Positions 37,245 through 48,655 of a stretch of DNA of 64,000 bases are shown here, piece by piece (the first letter of the stretch is position 1; every line of letters begins with the position of its first letter). A program made the translations under genes and the position numbers. The stretch is from Marsupella aquatica. Taxonomy: Eukaryota > Plantae > Marchantiophyta. The notes below the pieces were generated by a model. The model was given only the letters and a program-made list of their open reading frames with translations, was not told the DNA's origin and searched no databases. The stretch covers positions 5,505,079-5,569,078 of the forward strand of contig OZ316898.1 of assembly GCA_973895155.1 (NCBI GenBank), written 5' to 3'.

Positions 37245-38198
37245 TTAAGATACAGATATCAGCATTGGCGTCCGCAGCCGAACCATAAATTTTTCGCACC
37301 AGTCATAGAACCAGATACGTACCCACTGCCACAAAGTAAAACCCTTCTTTAAACCGGGTTTCAGTGCTACATAGATTCCGGAAAACAATCTCCAACCACA
37401 ATACACTAGCGCACCAACATATAGAAACAGAGGAACAACTGCACCAGCCGTAAAGAGCCCGGTAAAGACAAGTGAGGCCGTTCCCATCTCAAATAGGAGG
37501 GGAAGGGAAAACCAAGCGAATCCCGTCTGCCAGACAATAGGAATGATTGTCTGAAGAGCTTTCAAACCCCACTTGAGAGCGTCAGATGGCGACGTGAAAG
37601 CGGGCAAATCTTTAAGGTACTTCCGGAGCCTCTTCTTATTCTCACTGTCGGTGTCCGGTAGATTTGCAAATTCCACGATCAACCTCCTGTGGACAGCGTC
37701 CGCATACTTCCAGCAGTTAAATTTGAGAAGAGAGTAAGCAGGAGTGTGGTACTTTTCCAAAATCTCTAGCAACTTCTCCCCGGGAATCTTCCCGCAGCCA
37801 TTCAATTGAACTATATCCTTCTCCCCCTCTCCGTCAAACTCTTTCAATACGGACAGAACAATCTTTCCTCTCCCATTTTCCGTCACCTTCTCTGCCTTGA
37901 TCAAGCTTACACCTTTGTAAATTGTCCTTCCCCTCGTAGCGTGATTTACGTCTATCAGCACAAAGTTGTGAGACAGTTTGCCGTTTTCGTTGAGTGGAGT
38001 CCCGTAAATACCAATGGACGCCACCTGGACTTTACTCCCGACCAGAGTATTGAGCACTCCAGCGCGGTCGGCGTTCTCATCGCCAACGAGGCCTTTGATC
38101 AGGCCTTTGATTTGCGAACTCGAATTTTTGGAACCACCTGAACACTTGTTTGCGCTTCCCTTCGAACTCGGGGAGATAGAGCAACTCGCGAAACTCAT
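37245..38198 (-). CDS. Uncharacterised 317-aa protein with permuted papain-like (PPPDE/LRAT-type NlpC/P60) domain and C-terminal hydrophobic helices, copy P3 (intact, intronless)
   Basis: Uninterrupted ORF with paralogs at 23870 and 26385. Strand-His motif LSHNFVLID, IKAEK, and YSLLKFNCWKYADAV resembling the Y.L...NC..FA nucleophile motif; hydrophobic stretches IIPIVWQTGFAWFSLPLLF and LVFTGLFTAGAVVPLFLYVGALVYCGW. CDS well supported, fold assignment from motifs only. Confidence 0.8.
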   Translation of the reverse strand: MSFASCSISPSSKGSANKCSGGSKNSSSQIKGLIKGLVGDENADRAGVLNTLVGSKVQVASIGIYGTPLNENGKLSHNFVLIDVNHATRGRTIYKGVSLIKAEKVTENGRGKIVLSVLKEFDGEGEKDIVQLNGCGKIPGEKLLEILEKYHTPAYSLLKFNCWKYADAVHRRLIVEFANLPDTDSENKKRLRKYLKDLPAFTSPSDALKWGLKALQTIIPIVWQTGFAWFSLPLLFEMGTASLVFTGLFTAGAVVPLFLYVGALVYCGWRLFSGIYVALKPGLKKGFTLWQWVRIWFYDWCEKFMVRLRTPMLISVS

Positions 38199-39974
38199 CG
38201 TGAAATCTGTCTATGCTTTTCTCAACTAACTCCACAAAGAAGAGAATGGGGATTTGACAAGAATGAGCCAAGTATCGAGCCTGCCCTGAGTCGCACAACA
38301 CTAACACCACAAAGAGGCGAGCTGGACTTCACAAGAAGTCACTAGTCCTAAGACTTCCCTGAGTCACACAACCTGAGTCGCACAACGTTAACAATACAAA
38401 TGGGAGTGCTGGACTGCACAAGAAATAGCCAAGTCCTAAGACCGCCGCGCCTGAGTCACACCACAGGACTCAAAGAGAAGATACTGTGCTTAGAGAGCGC
38501 TCTGACTGCTAGAAAGCTGACCTACACACAAATGTATGGGTGTGGCCTTCTTCAAGACACGGCAGCAGAAGCTCACCAACTTACACCAACTCTGTGTCAG
38601 AATCAGCGTGATTCACGAGACGAACGTAGAAAATCAGGATATTTACTTTGCGCACCAAGTCCTATTTCATTGACATTACGTACTATCAGGAAATTTCCTC
38701 GTCTTCACTCTACCAAGTGCTTCAATTATTTCATCGACATTATGTACTGACATTATGTACTATCTTGAGATTGGCTCCACCATCGGGGATTTCCAAATCT
38801 TTCTCTCTTGAAGCGCTTCTCACTTTGAAGATCTACTCGGGAGCATGCGCCTCTGAAGGTTAACCACAAGGATGTCATACCCAGGGATCCTACAGGGACC
38901 ATACCAGGAGGGAGAAAGGGTTGAACCAGGGCCCCATAGTGGACTAGCTAGGGGCTCAATTACATACTCATTCCCTGGCTGCTTAGAAGTGTTCTCTCTT
39001 TGTGTATCATTTTTGTTAGCCGGCGCTCTATATATGTGCTACCACTTTTTTCTTGAGGCTGCCGTTTTGGCTCCTTGTTTCTTTCTTGCCAGCGTTGACT
39101 CTTGACTCTGTGACTCCTGGGATAGGTGGGCTCAAGGTGAGCTCAGTACTGCTCACTCGCATTCAATTATTGTGAATCAAGGTGGTTTTACAAGACCTTG
39201 GGGGCAGTTTGAGTGAGTTTTTACGGATTGAAGATAATCTGTCGCATTTAACATCCTCAAGATACTAGTGTACCGGTCCTAAAGGAGAGTTTCGAATTAT
39301 TTATCGGTCCCAATTAAAGTATTGTAAAGCTAACCACAGCAAATGGTGCTACAATAATTTTCTTGGACACAAGGTGGGGATCCACTTCACTAGTCACATA
39401 ATTCTTTGGCTAAGGCCCATCTTAGTCGCACAAGATAAAATCTCATGAGGGGCATGTTGGTTTTAATGTAAAGAACACAAAATAAGAATGGACCAAGCAG
39501 CCCGCCGATGAAGTGACAGTAGTGCATAAAGCGCAGACATTGGGAGAGTAAACAATAAAACACAGAGAAAGTGCTGAAGAATCGGAAATGATTCTGACTT
39601 CTGACTTCACTTCAGTGCAGGAGACGATGCAACGTTTCTGTCCATCAATCGGTGATCCCCTGGATATTGGATTGGAGGGTCCAAACAGTTTAACTCAGTT
39701 GACGGGAAGCTACGAGGGCAGGAACCGAGATCTTGGAAGGGCCGGGCTGTCCGCCTGACGTCGGCATTGACCATTTGACCGTGGTTCTTGGGTCGTGCTC
39801 CACATTCATCTGAAATTTTGCATGTACTTTGAATCATGTTAGAGCCTGCCTGCCTGCCTTCCTGAGAATTCAATTACTTTGAATCATGTTAGAGCCTGCC
39901 TGCCATGAATGAATTACTGGCATCGAGTGAAATATTACTTTCAAACTCTTGTGTAGTGTAGACGGAATCGAGAA

Positions 39975-40897
39975 ATGCGGTTGAGCAATGTGCTGATAAT
40001 TGGAGCCACAGCGCAATTGCGAGGCACATTACCGATGCGAGCGTCAAGCTTGGCCACCCAACCTTCGCTTTGGTCCGGTCTACAACTCCTGCTAAGGCCG
40101 AGCTGCTGAAGTCGTTCCAGGATGCCGGGGTGACTCTGCTGACAGGCGATGTGAGCAACCACGCGAGCCTCGTCGCTGCCCTGAAGCAAGTGGAGGTGGT
40201 CATTTCGGCGGTCAGTGAAGACCAGGTTGGGAACCAGTGCATCACTCTGGAGGCAGCCAAAGAAGCAGGAACGATCAAAAGATACTACCCGTCAGAGTTT
40301 GGCCTTGAGGTTGACACATTTCCACTAGATGTCCCGCTATCGAGAGGTGTGTTTGGAACAAAGCAGAAGTTTCGACGCGCTCTGGAGAAGTCCGGCATCC
40401 CATACACCTTTGTCGTCTCGAATTCATTTGGGAGCTATTTTTTGACACCTCTGGGCCAAGATCCCCGCTTAACGGTGCCGCCTCGAGATGGCAAATTGAC
40501 AATACTGGGCGGTGGGAATGCCAAGGCAGTCTTCAATGACGATGCTGACATTGGGACCTATACAATCAGATCGGTCGAAGATCCTCGAGCGGCAAACAAG
40601 GTTCTGATCATAAGCCCGAAGGACAACGTGGCGTCTCTGAACGAGGTGATCGCTGTATGGGAGAAGAAAATCGGGCATACGTTTGAGAAGGAGTTTCTGG
40701 GCAAGGAGGAAATTCTCAAGACGATTGACGAGCTACCTTTCCCTCTGAACATCGATCGAGCTGTCAAGTACGCCGTACTAGTGCAGGGTGTACAAACTGG
40801 CTTCGAGCTTGACCCCTCTAGGCAGGTGGAGGCTACTGCTCTTTACTCAGACGTCAATTATACTCGAATTGATCCGTATTTCGATCGCTTTGTGTGA
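39975..40897 (+). pseudogene. PIP-family reductase copy A2 (frameshift in the GATG NADPH-binding motif)
   Basis: 923 nt: 1-nt loss at ~40010 (ggagccacagcgcaatt vs ggagcgacgggcgcaatt) and 9-nt deletion near 40088; remainder nearly identical to A1; upstream TATA segment also lost. Confidence 0.9.
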
Positions 40898-43458
40898 GAT
40901 CATGCTAGCATTTGCTGCTTGGCTATCCTGCAAAACTAAGTTGAAGCCTTCACCCATCACACAAGGAAGTGTATGAAAATTCTCCTGCATGAGTTGGCTT
41001 CCTCTTCCGGCAGCAGTTCACGACGAAAGTAGAATTGTTGACTGATATCTATGTTCAATCGTAAAGTTGTTTGGATGCGGAGCCCTTATCTATCATCTGC
41101 TCAACGTATGATTTTGTCTCAGGCAAACGAAATGCAAACAGTAAAGGAAATGTGTTGAATCTAATATGGTACAGATATCCGGAGTCAACTGGGGTTTCTT
41201 CATCATTGGATCATTTGGCTTGAAAGTGTATCCAAAATGCTGGCCTTTCTCGTGGTAGGTGGAGTTGCGTACAAAATTTCCGACCTCTGAGTCGCGAGTC
41301 ACACTTGCAACACTGAAAGGGTTACAACATCCCCACAACGTCTATACTTAAAAGTGAATTGTATGTTTGTATGAAAAGCAAGTATATCAATATCCATGCA
41401 TCCCCCTTTCGTCAATCTGCAAAAGTTACTATAATAGACCATACTATATCATGATGACAGTGTTCCATGTATGTCAGCTTGATTAGAGCTGCATGCCCGG
41501 ACGGATGACTCGTTCAGGCCGCTCTTAAAATTCTTCTAATTCTCAAGTGCCAATTCAAAAGGGCAAATTGAATTTCAACGGACCATATTTAACCTTCTTC
41601 AAGGACGTCTTGAATGTGGCCAGTCATGATAAACCTTCAGAACAGCACTCAGGCGATTCTCTGGTCTAATATTGGTCAGCTGCCGTATAATTGTCGTCTT
41701 GAGACTTGTCCTCAGTTACAATGCAATATGCACCTGTCAACGATGCATGTAGGGGAGGCCATATCGAAATCGTCCGGATAGACTTTAGCAACCTGGATAA
41801 AATCTCAAGGAATGCACTCAATAACAATTTTTACCACTTTTAGAGAGTAATTTGTCTAGACACTTAAACTGCAGCTTCGGTAATTTCATCGAGATTTCGC
41901 TAGACAACCTTACATGCTATGGGGGCACTTAATCCAGTTTACTCCTGTAATATTTTTGTATTTCGAAAGTATTTTCCTGTCAGTACGTGTACCCTGACTT
42001 GACCGTCTTGGGAGCTGCCTCACCTTTCCTTACCAGAATCGACTGGGTCTCCTTACACAAACTTGCGCAGTGGATTGTCTATTGTCCTTATGGGAGGCGG
42101 GAAATACAACAAGAACAACAGCAGTAGTGGATTCTGGTTTGCTTATCTTCCTGACAAGACTTTATCGCTCACAAATCGAATTATCAAAAGGAGTACACAC
42201 GCCACGGGCCACTAAATATAAAAGATTAAAACATCCAGACCAAGGGATCAAGAAAAAGTAAAGAGTAAACGACAGAGGAAATAAAATAATACGAGGATCT
42301 GATGTAGTTTTGTACAAACAAACTTAATTATTCTCTTCAATTCACATCAACAACTGAGGTGATTTTGTGAAGCTACTATCTTCAGTATGGATGGAGTTGT
42401 CAAATGGTCATTTCACTATAGACTACAGTCTAGATATTGTTATCTAAGGAAACCATAAGGCTTTGAACATCCCCTCCCGACATGGAAAACCTCGTGTTAT
42501 ACAAGCAACCAATTAGTTTTGACTGAAGGACTCAATATTGCATCAAAGTGGAGCTACATAGTTGATCGTAGTAAAGACTGATTTCAACGGTGGACTTACT
42601 GGACAACAGTACGTAAAGTATTTGTCAAAGCGTTGAAAAGACAGAGTGGGTGTCTGAGAAGTTGGACTAAAAGACAAGTCCAGACTGACGATGACATGAT
42701 TGCATCAATTGAGGGGAGGTACATAGGTGACAGTAGTAAAGACTGGAAAAGATTGAGCTACTGGACACTACTGCCTATTTGCCCAAGTGTTGCAAAGACA
42801 GAGTAAATTGTCTGCGAAGTTGGGACTGAAGATCTCATTGCAAGCATCAAAAGAGGCACATACTTGACAGAAGTGAGCATCTCCAAAGGCTTGGAGATTT
42901 GCAGTCGCTATCGTGAAATTTTACAATCGCAATTTTGGCTGGCAGTTTTGCACATCCAGTCTATCTCCAACGGTATCTCCGAAATTAGGCCCCCATTTGC
43001 TAACGCACCTGCAATGGTTCGAACCAGCCTGGTCCAAGTTGGCCTGATATGCAACTATACGCGGCTGGTGAATTGTGAGCTCCTGGACGATAACACCTGC
43101 ACGTTCCACTGCTCTCTGCCTTGCCACACATTGCAACATTCGTCTTCTTATCATGTTGTGCGCGCTCGTCCTCTTGACCTTCGTGCGGTTTTAACTTTCC
43201 TTGTTGAATCGATTGAACACCGTCTAACAGAACTCTAGAACCTCTGGCCAATTTGGGCATCCTGCACAGAATTGCAGTCGATGGATGCCCTAGAAAGGTG
43301 GACAGCAAGTCTAAAGCAACAGATGGACCTGGACAGATTGGGATAAACGAGCTACTGGACAGTAGTACCTATTCGCCAAGCTGTTGCAAGGACGGAAGTA
43401 CTGGGGTTGAGTTAGGTGTTCTCGTCAAATCCTGGTGTATTCTGGACGGAATCGAGTA

Positions 43459-44391
43459 ATGGGGTTGAGCAAGGTGCTGATAATTGGAGCGACGGGCGCA
43501 ATTGGGAGGCACATTACCGATGCGAGCGTCAAGCTCGGCCACCCTACCTTCGCTTTGGTCCGTTCCACAACTCCCAGCGATCCTGCAAAGGCCGAGCTGC
43601 TGAAGTCGTTCCGAGATGCAGGAGTGACACTGCTGATAGGCGATGTTAGCAATTACGCGAGCCTCCTGGCTGCGCTCAAGCAAGTGGAGGTGGTCATTTC
43701 GGCGGTCAGTAAAGACCAGGTTGGGAACCAGTACAACACTCTGGAGGCTGCCAAGGAAGCAGGAACGATCAAGAGATACTATCCCTCGGAGTTTAGCAGC
43801 GAGGTTGACACATTTGCGCTGGATGTCCCGCTATCGAGAGCTCTCTTTGGAGCAAAGCAGACGTTCCGACGCACTGTGGAACTGTCCGGCATCCCATACA
43901 CCTTCGTCGTTGCCAATTCGTTTCGGAGCTACTTCTTGACACCTCTGGGCCAAGATCCCCGTTTAGCTGTGCCGCCTCGAGATGGCAAATTAACAATACT
44001 GGGCGATGGGAATGCCAAGGCAGTCTTCAATGATGATGCTGACATTGGGACCTACACAATCAGATCGGTCGAAGATCCTCGAGCGGCAAATAAGGTTCTG
44101 ATCATTAGCCCGAAGGACAACGTGGCCTCTCTGAACGAGGTGATCGCTGTATGGGAGAAGAAAATCGGGCATACCTTCGAGAAGGAGTTTTTGGAAAGGG
44201 AGGAAATTCTCAGGACGATTGACGAGCTGCCTTCCCCTCTAAACTTCGATCGAGCTGTCAAGTACGCCGTACTAGTGCAGGGTGTACAAACTGGCTACAA
44301 GCTTGACCCCTCTAGGCACGTGGAGGCTACTGATCTTTACCCAGACGTGGATTACACTCGAATTGATCCGTATTTCGATCGCTTTGTGTGA
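43459..44391 (+). CDS. PIP-family NADPH-dependent reductase, type B, copy B2 (intact, 310 aa, no coding introns)
   Basis: ATG 43459 aligns with A1 start; GATGAIG, FGAKQTFRRTVE; variant motifs PSEFSSE and NSFRSYF. Confidence 0.93.
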   Translation: MGLSKVLIIGATGAIGRHITDASVKLGHPTFALVRSTTPSDPAKAELLKSFRDAGVTLLIGDVSNYASLLAALKQVEVVISAVSKDQVGNQYNTLEAAKEAGTIKRYYPSEFSSEVDTFALDVPLSRALFGAKQTFRRTVELSGIPYTFVVANSFRSYFLTPLGQDPRLAVPPRDGKLTILGDGNAKAVFNDDADIGTYTIRSVEDPRAANKVLIISPKDNVASLNEVIAVWEKKIGHTFEKEFLEREEILRTIDELPSPLNFDRAVKYAVLVQGVQTGYKLDPSRHVEATDLYPDVDYTRIDPYFDRFV

Positions 44392-46247
44392 AATCATGCT
44401 GGCCTTCGCGGCTTGGCTATCCTGTAAAACTAACTTGAAGCCCTCATTCAAGGGGGTATATGAAAAGTCTACCGGGTTGCCTTCCTCGCCGCAACAGCAG
44501 TTCGCGAAGAATGTACAATTGCAGACTGATATATATGTTCATTTGTAGAGTTCTAGGTGTACAAAGCCCTGACCTATCGTCAGCTCAACGAATAGTTTTG
44601 TCGGAGGCAAAAGAAAAGCAAGTTAGAGGAAATGTATTGGAATCTACAATCATAGTAAATCCGGACCCAGCTGATTGATTTGTTACGTCATTTGGCTGGA
44701 AAGTGTATCCGAAGTACTTGCCTTTCTCGTGATAGGTAGAGAATTTCCGACGACATTAGACCTCTTAGTCGAGAGAAACACCTGCAACACTAAATCAACG
44801 GGGAAGAGAGTTGTAATGTCCTCCCTGCACCAACTTCAGAAGTAAATTGGAAGTATTTATGAAAAGCAAGTACATCAGTCTCCATGCAAACCCCCCAGGT
44901 CAATCTGCATACGTTTCCATGATAAACCATTTAATATTGATGGCAGTGTTCGATGTATATCAGCTTGTTTTGAGCAACATGCCCAAACGGATGAAGGATT
45001 CCGAACGTTGTAGATCCGACGTGGACGGGGCCTGCTGGCCGCTCTGACAATGCTTCGGATTCTCAACTGCCAATCCAAGGGCAATTTTCAATGTACTGTA
45101 TCTTAACTTCTTCAAGGACATCTTGAATAAACCATCAGAACTGCAGGCGATTCTCTCGTGTAATACTCGTCATCTAACGTATTGTCATGTTGAGGTAGTC
45201 ATCAGGTGCTATTTAACATGCACCTGTCCACAATGCGTGCAGGGAAAGCCACCTTAATTTGAATGGTACTTATTATCAAAGCTCCCATCAATATCAGGCA
45301 CCCTCTGAACCCAATTCTGATTTCTACATGCAAAAATGAGGTTGAAAGGAACATAATAGTTGACATCTGGGCGAGCCAAGCTGCGGATGATTCGTACCTA
45401 AACAGGTCTCTACCTTACAACTGACAATTGAAAGAGAAGGCTACCGTATTTGTTAGTTCTTTCTATGCATAGCCACTCACTAAAGACAGCCATTCAACTT
45501 GTGTACATCCGCAATCAGTCATTCTGATTCGTGTAAGCAAATGAAATCTGACAAACGCAGAATCATACTACCTTAGAGTTTAAGGTCTAATGAACACTGG
45601 CTTGGTCTATCGAGCCTTCGTTTCTCGGGACGAGGCATCCAAGAATTTACTGTCCCCATCACAAGAAGATATGTCGTTCAGAGTTCACAAAAATGACACA
45701 AAACAGTGACATGACGAATGAAGTTTTATCAAAAAACATTGTCACAAAGATTTTGCAGAAAATTCCCCTGCCAAACAGACAAGCAAAACCCTGCTCCTTT
45801 TTACCTCACAATTTCTGTTTCGACTTGCTGAGGTTTTGAGGGCATAGTCATCTCTAGATGGCGCCACTAGCGTGTGTCAATAACATGTGTGAAACCACAT
45901 GCTCGAGAAGTAATGTATTTTACTGCATGAAATCCTAAGATAACAATATGGCATCAAATGCAGTCTCATTTCATGGTGTGGATGAGATGAGCCCTAATGA
46001 GCCCTAATCAAAATTTCCACTCGACCCATTTCCATGCGCAACCGCCTGGAAGTACAAGATAAGGAACTCCTTGAAATCCTAGGATTATCAATGTAGCACC
46101 TGTTCCATGATGCTCCTTGAAACCCTAAGATAACAATTTGGCTTCTGCTGCATGGACGAGCCCTAATTTCGAATAAGACTCGCCTCAATGCCTATGGACA
46201 CTCTTTATAGTCCAAGATCTCAGCCAATATGCAAATTAAATACAGCC

Positions 46248-46985
46248 TCATGACATAGTGTCGATCAGAGAAGCCCTCATTTCATTAACAATTCCACTGG
46301 GCTGGGCATCTCTAAGTTTGAACACACTTTCGATCACTGAAAGCTCTGTTGCTGTAGTATCAAGCCCACACACAGCTGTCCAGTCGTTAGCCACCAGCCC
46401 TGCTCCAACCACCTCACTGCCCCGATTCACTGTGCCAGCAACCAGGGGAACTTGCACAAGGGACGACAACTCATCTAGATCTTCAATAGACGTGTGTGGA
46501 TGAACAATTCCTCCCCTATTTGAAAATATACAATAGCTTCCCACGAGGATATTACCAGCAACTGTCTGTCTGAAAACCTCTACTCCCAAAACATCAGCGA
46601 TCAACTCTTCCGTCTCCCTATCCAAATCCGTGTGGACGAGAGCGACATAGTCATTGCAAGTTATGCAATTTCCCAAAGCAGAGAGCCGCTCGTCGATTCT
46701 CTGAACGACGACGCTATCAGGCAGACAATTCCTCATGTGCAGCAACTCCTGGTCAGTCGTCGAGTTCGGGAGAAGAAGGCCGTTCTTGTTCCCGACGCAC
46801 ATTCGTCCGATCACCCTCGTGCCTGCTACAGAAGCTTTCACCACGGGGATAACATCAGCGAGCTCCGCTTCAAACGTGCTGTAAAAGTTCTCCGAGCCCC
46901 CGATCGCCACAAGGCAATACGCATTCGTCAGTTTTGAAAACACGCCGATTTCACTGCTGTTCTCGAATTGCGCCCTCGTCGCCAT
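46248..46985 (-). CDS. eIF6: Eukaryotic translation initiation factor 6 (245 aa, intronless)
   Basis: [90 protein letters not shown]; canonical length, no lesions. Confidence 0.97.
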   Translation of the reverse strand: MATRAQFENSSEIGVFSKLTNAYCLVAIGGSENFYSTFEAELADVIPVVKASVAGTRVIGRMCVGNKNGLLLPNSTTDQELLHMRNCLPDSVVVQRIDERLSALGNCITCNDYVALVHTDLDRETEELIADVLGVEVFRQTVAGNILVGSYCIFSNRGGIVHPHTSIEDLDELSSLVQVPLVAGTVNRGSEVVGAGLVANDWTAVCGLDTTATELSVIESVFKLRDAQPSGIVNEMRASLIDTMS

Positions 46986-47054
46986 TGCAATTGAACAGGG
47001 AATTACCGTAAAGCCCTAGAAAACCCTCCGACAAAATCCTGCCCACAAAATAGC

Positions 47055-47580
47055 TGACCTTAGCTCCGAACCCTGATCCTCTTCGTTCAAGGCTCTTGCG
47101 AAAGCGCTGTTTGACTCCTTTCCTCGAATTCTCTTCTTTTACGCTAGACTCTGCTTGAGAGCTTACTGTGAGAGAGCATCCGTTCTTCAAAAGCGTGGCT
47201 TCTACGTCCAATTCCTACGTCAGACCTTAGCTTCGAACCCTAATCCTCTTCGTTCAAGTGCCCTGGCGAAAGCAGGATTTGACTCCTTTCCTCGAATCCC
47301 TTCTTTATAGCTCGACCGCCACTCAGTCTCCTTGAGAACTTACTGTCAGCGAGCAATCTGTTCTTCAAAAGCGTGGCTTCTACGTCAAAAATTCCTCGGT
47401 CTGCTCTTCGAACCCTAACCCTCGTCGTTCGTTTCAAGTACTTTTTGCGAAAGCACTGTAAGACTCCTTTCCGCAAATCCCACTTGAAGCTCGACCGCCA
47501 CTCTCACTCTGATTCAGAACCTACTGAGAGAGCAATATGTTCTTCAAAAGCGTGGCTTCTACGTCAAAAAGAAATTCCTT
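47055..47580. repeat. 3 tandem copies of a ~170-180-bp unit directly upstream of eIF6
   Basis: cgaaccct...tcgttc...gcgaaagc...gactcctttcc...ttcttcaaaagcgtggcttctacgtc recurs at ~47055, ~47222, ~47405; contains telo-box-like aaccctaa. Confidence 0.85.
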
Positions 47581-47633
47581 CGTCAGCTCGGCCACTTTCA
47601 AGCTTCCAAGACTCACCCTAAAACCTCTTTGGA

Positions 47634-48655
47634 CCGTCCTTCAACTTCGACTACTGTAGTTGTAGTAGGCTGTTTCAAAGCAAGGAGGTGACGCAGACCA
47701 TATGCTGCTTTTACAACAACTAGGAGAAAAAGGCTCTGCTGCTAATCACACATCAAAATATGATAATATAAGGTCTGTGAAAATAACCCAGAAAAATATC
47801 ATGGTATGAAAGGATGCCATATATGTCACCGTCCTTGAACTTAGACTACTGTAGTAGGGTGTGTCAAAGCAAGGAGGTGACACAGGACATAAGGTGCTTT
47901 TACAGCTAGAAGAAAATAGCTCTGCCGGTAATCACGCATCAAAATTTGATAATATAAGGTCTGCGAAAATAATTTTAAAAAAATACCTAAATTTATCATG
48001 GTTTGGAAGGATGCCATATATGTAACCGTCTTTCAACTTCGACCACTGTAGATGTAGTAGGGTGTGTGGAAGCAAGGAGGTGACGTAGGACATAAGCTGC
48101 TTTTACAACTAGGAGAAAATAGCTCTGCCCATAATCACATATAAAAATGTGATAATATAAGGTCTGTGAAAATAATTAAAGAAAATACCTAAATTTATCA
48201 TGGTATGGAAAGATGCCATAATTATATGTCACCGTCCTTGAACTTAGACTATTGTAGTAGGGTGTGTCAAAGCAAGGTCTGGAGGTGACACAGGACATAA
48301 GGTGCTTTTACAGCTAGGAGAAAATAGCTCTGCTGGTAATCACACATCAAAATGTGATAATATAAGGTCTGCAAAAATAACTAAAGAAAATACCCAAAAT
48401 TATGATGGTATGGAAGGATGTCCTACACATTATATATATATGTCACCGTCCTTGAACTTCTACTACTGTAGTAGGGTGTGTCAAAGGAAAGAGGTGATGC
48501 AGGACATCCTTAAGGTGCTTTTATAGCTAGCCTGAGGAAATAGCTATTCCGGTAATCACACATCAAAATGTTTTAATATAAGGTGTGCCAAAATAACTAG
48601 AGAAAATAAGTAGATTCATCATGGTATGGTAAGGATGTCCTACAATATATGTCAT
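47634..48655. repeat. 5 tandem copies of a ~195-210-bp unit
   Basis: ccgtc.tt.aactt..acta.tgtag...ggaggtgac...taatcac.cat.aaaat.tgataatataaggtctg...catggtatggaaggatg starts at ~47634, 47829, 48026, 48233, 48446. Confidence 0.9.

Larger units (their letters stand above)
26385..44391. repeat. Tandem segmental duplication: cassette 1 (~26385-35040) and cassette 2 (~37120-44391), each P(-) <- -> A(+) -> B(+)
   Basis: Collinear near-identical intergenic blocks, e.g. 27320-27950/38370-38925, 29040-30020/39120-39850, 31240-33690/40900-43460. Confidence 0.92.

Noticed and set aside
30215-44548. Antisense and alternate-frame ORFs recurring over each reductase copy
   Set aside because: Shadows of the reductase CDS, repeated only because the gene is duplicated.
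47634-48655. Regular repeats considered as CRISPR-like (also 63472-63735)
   Set aside because: Whole units are repeated with no unique spacers, no cas genes, eukaryotic context.
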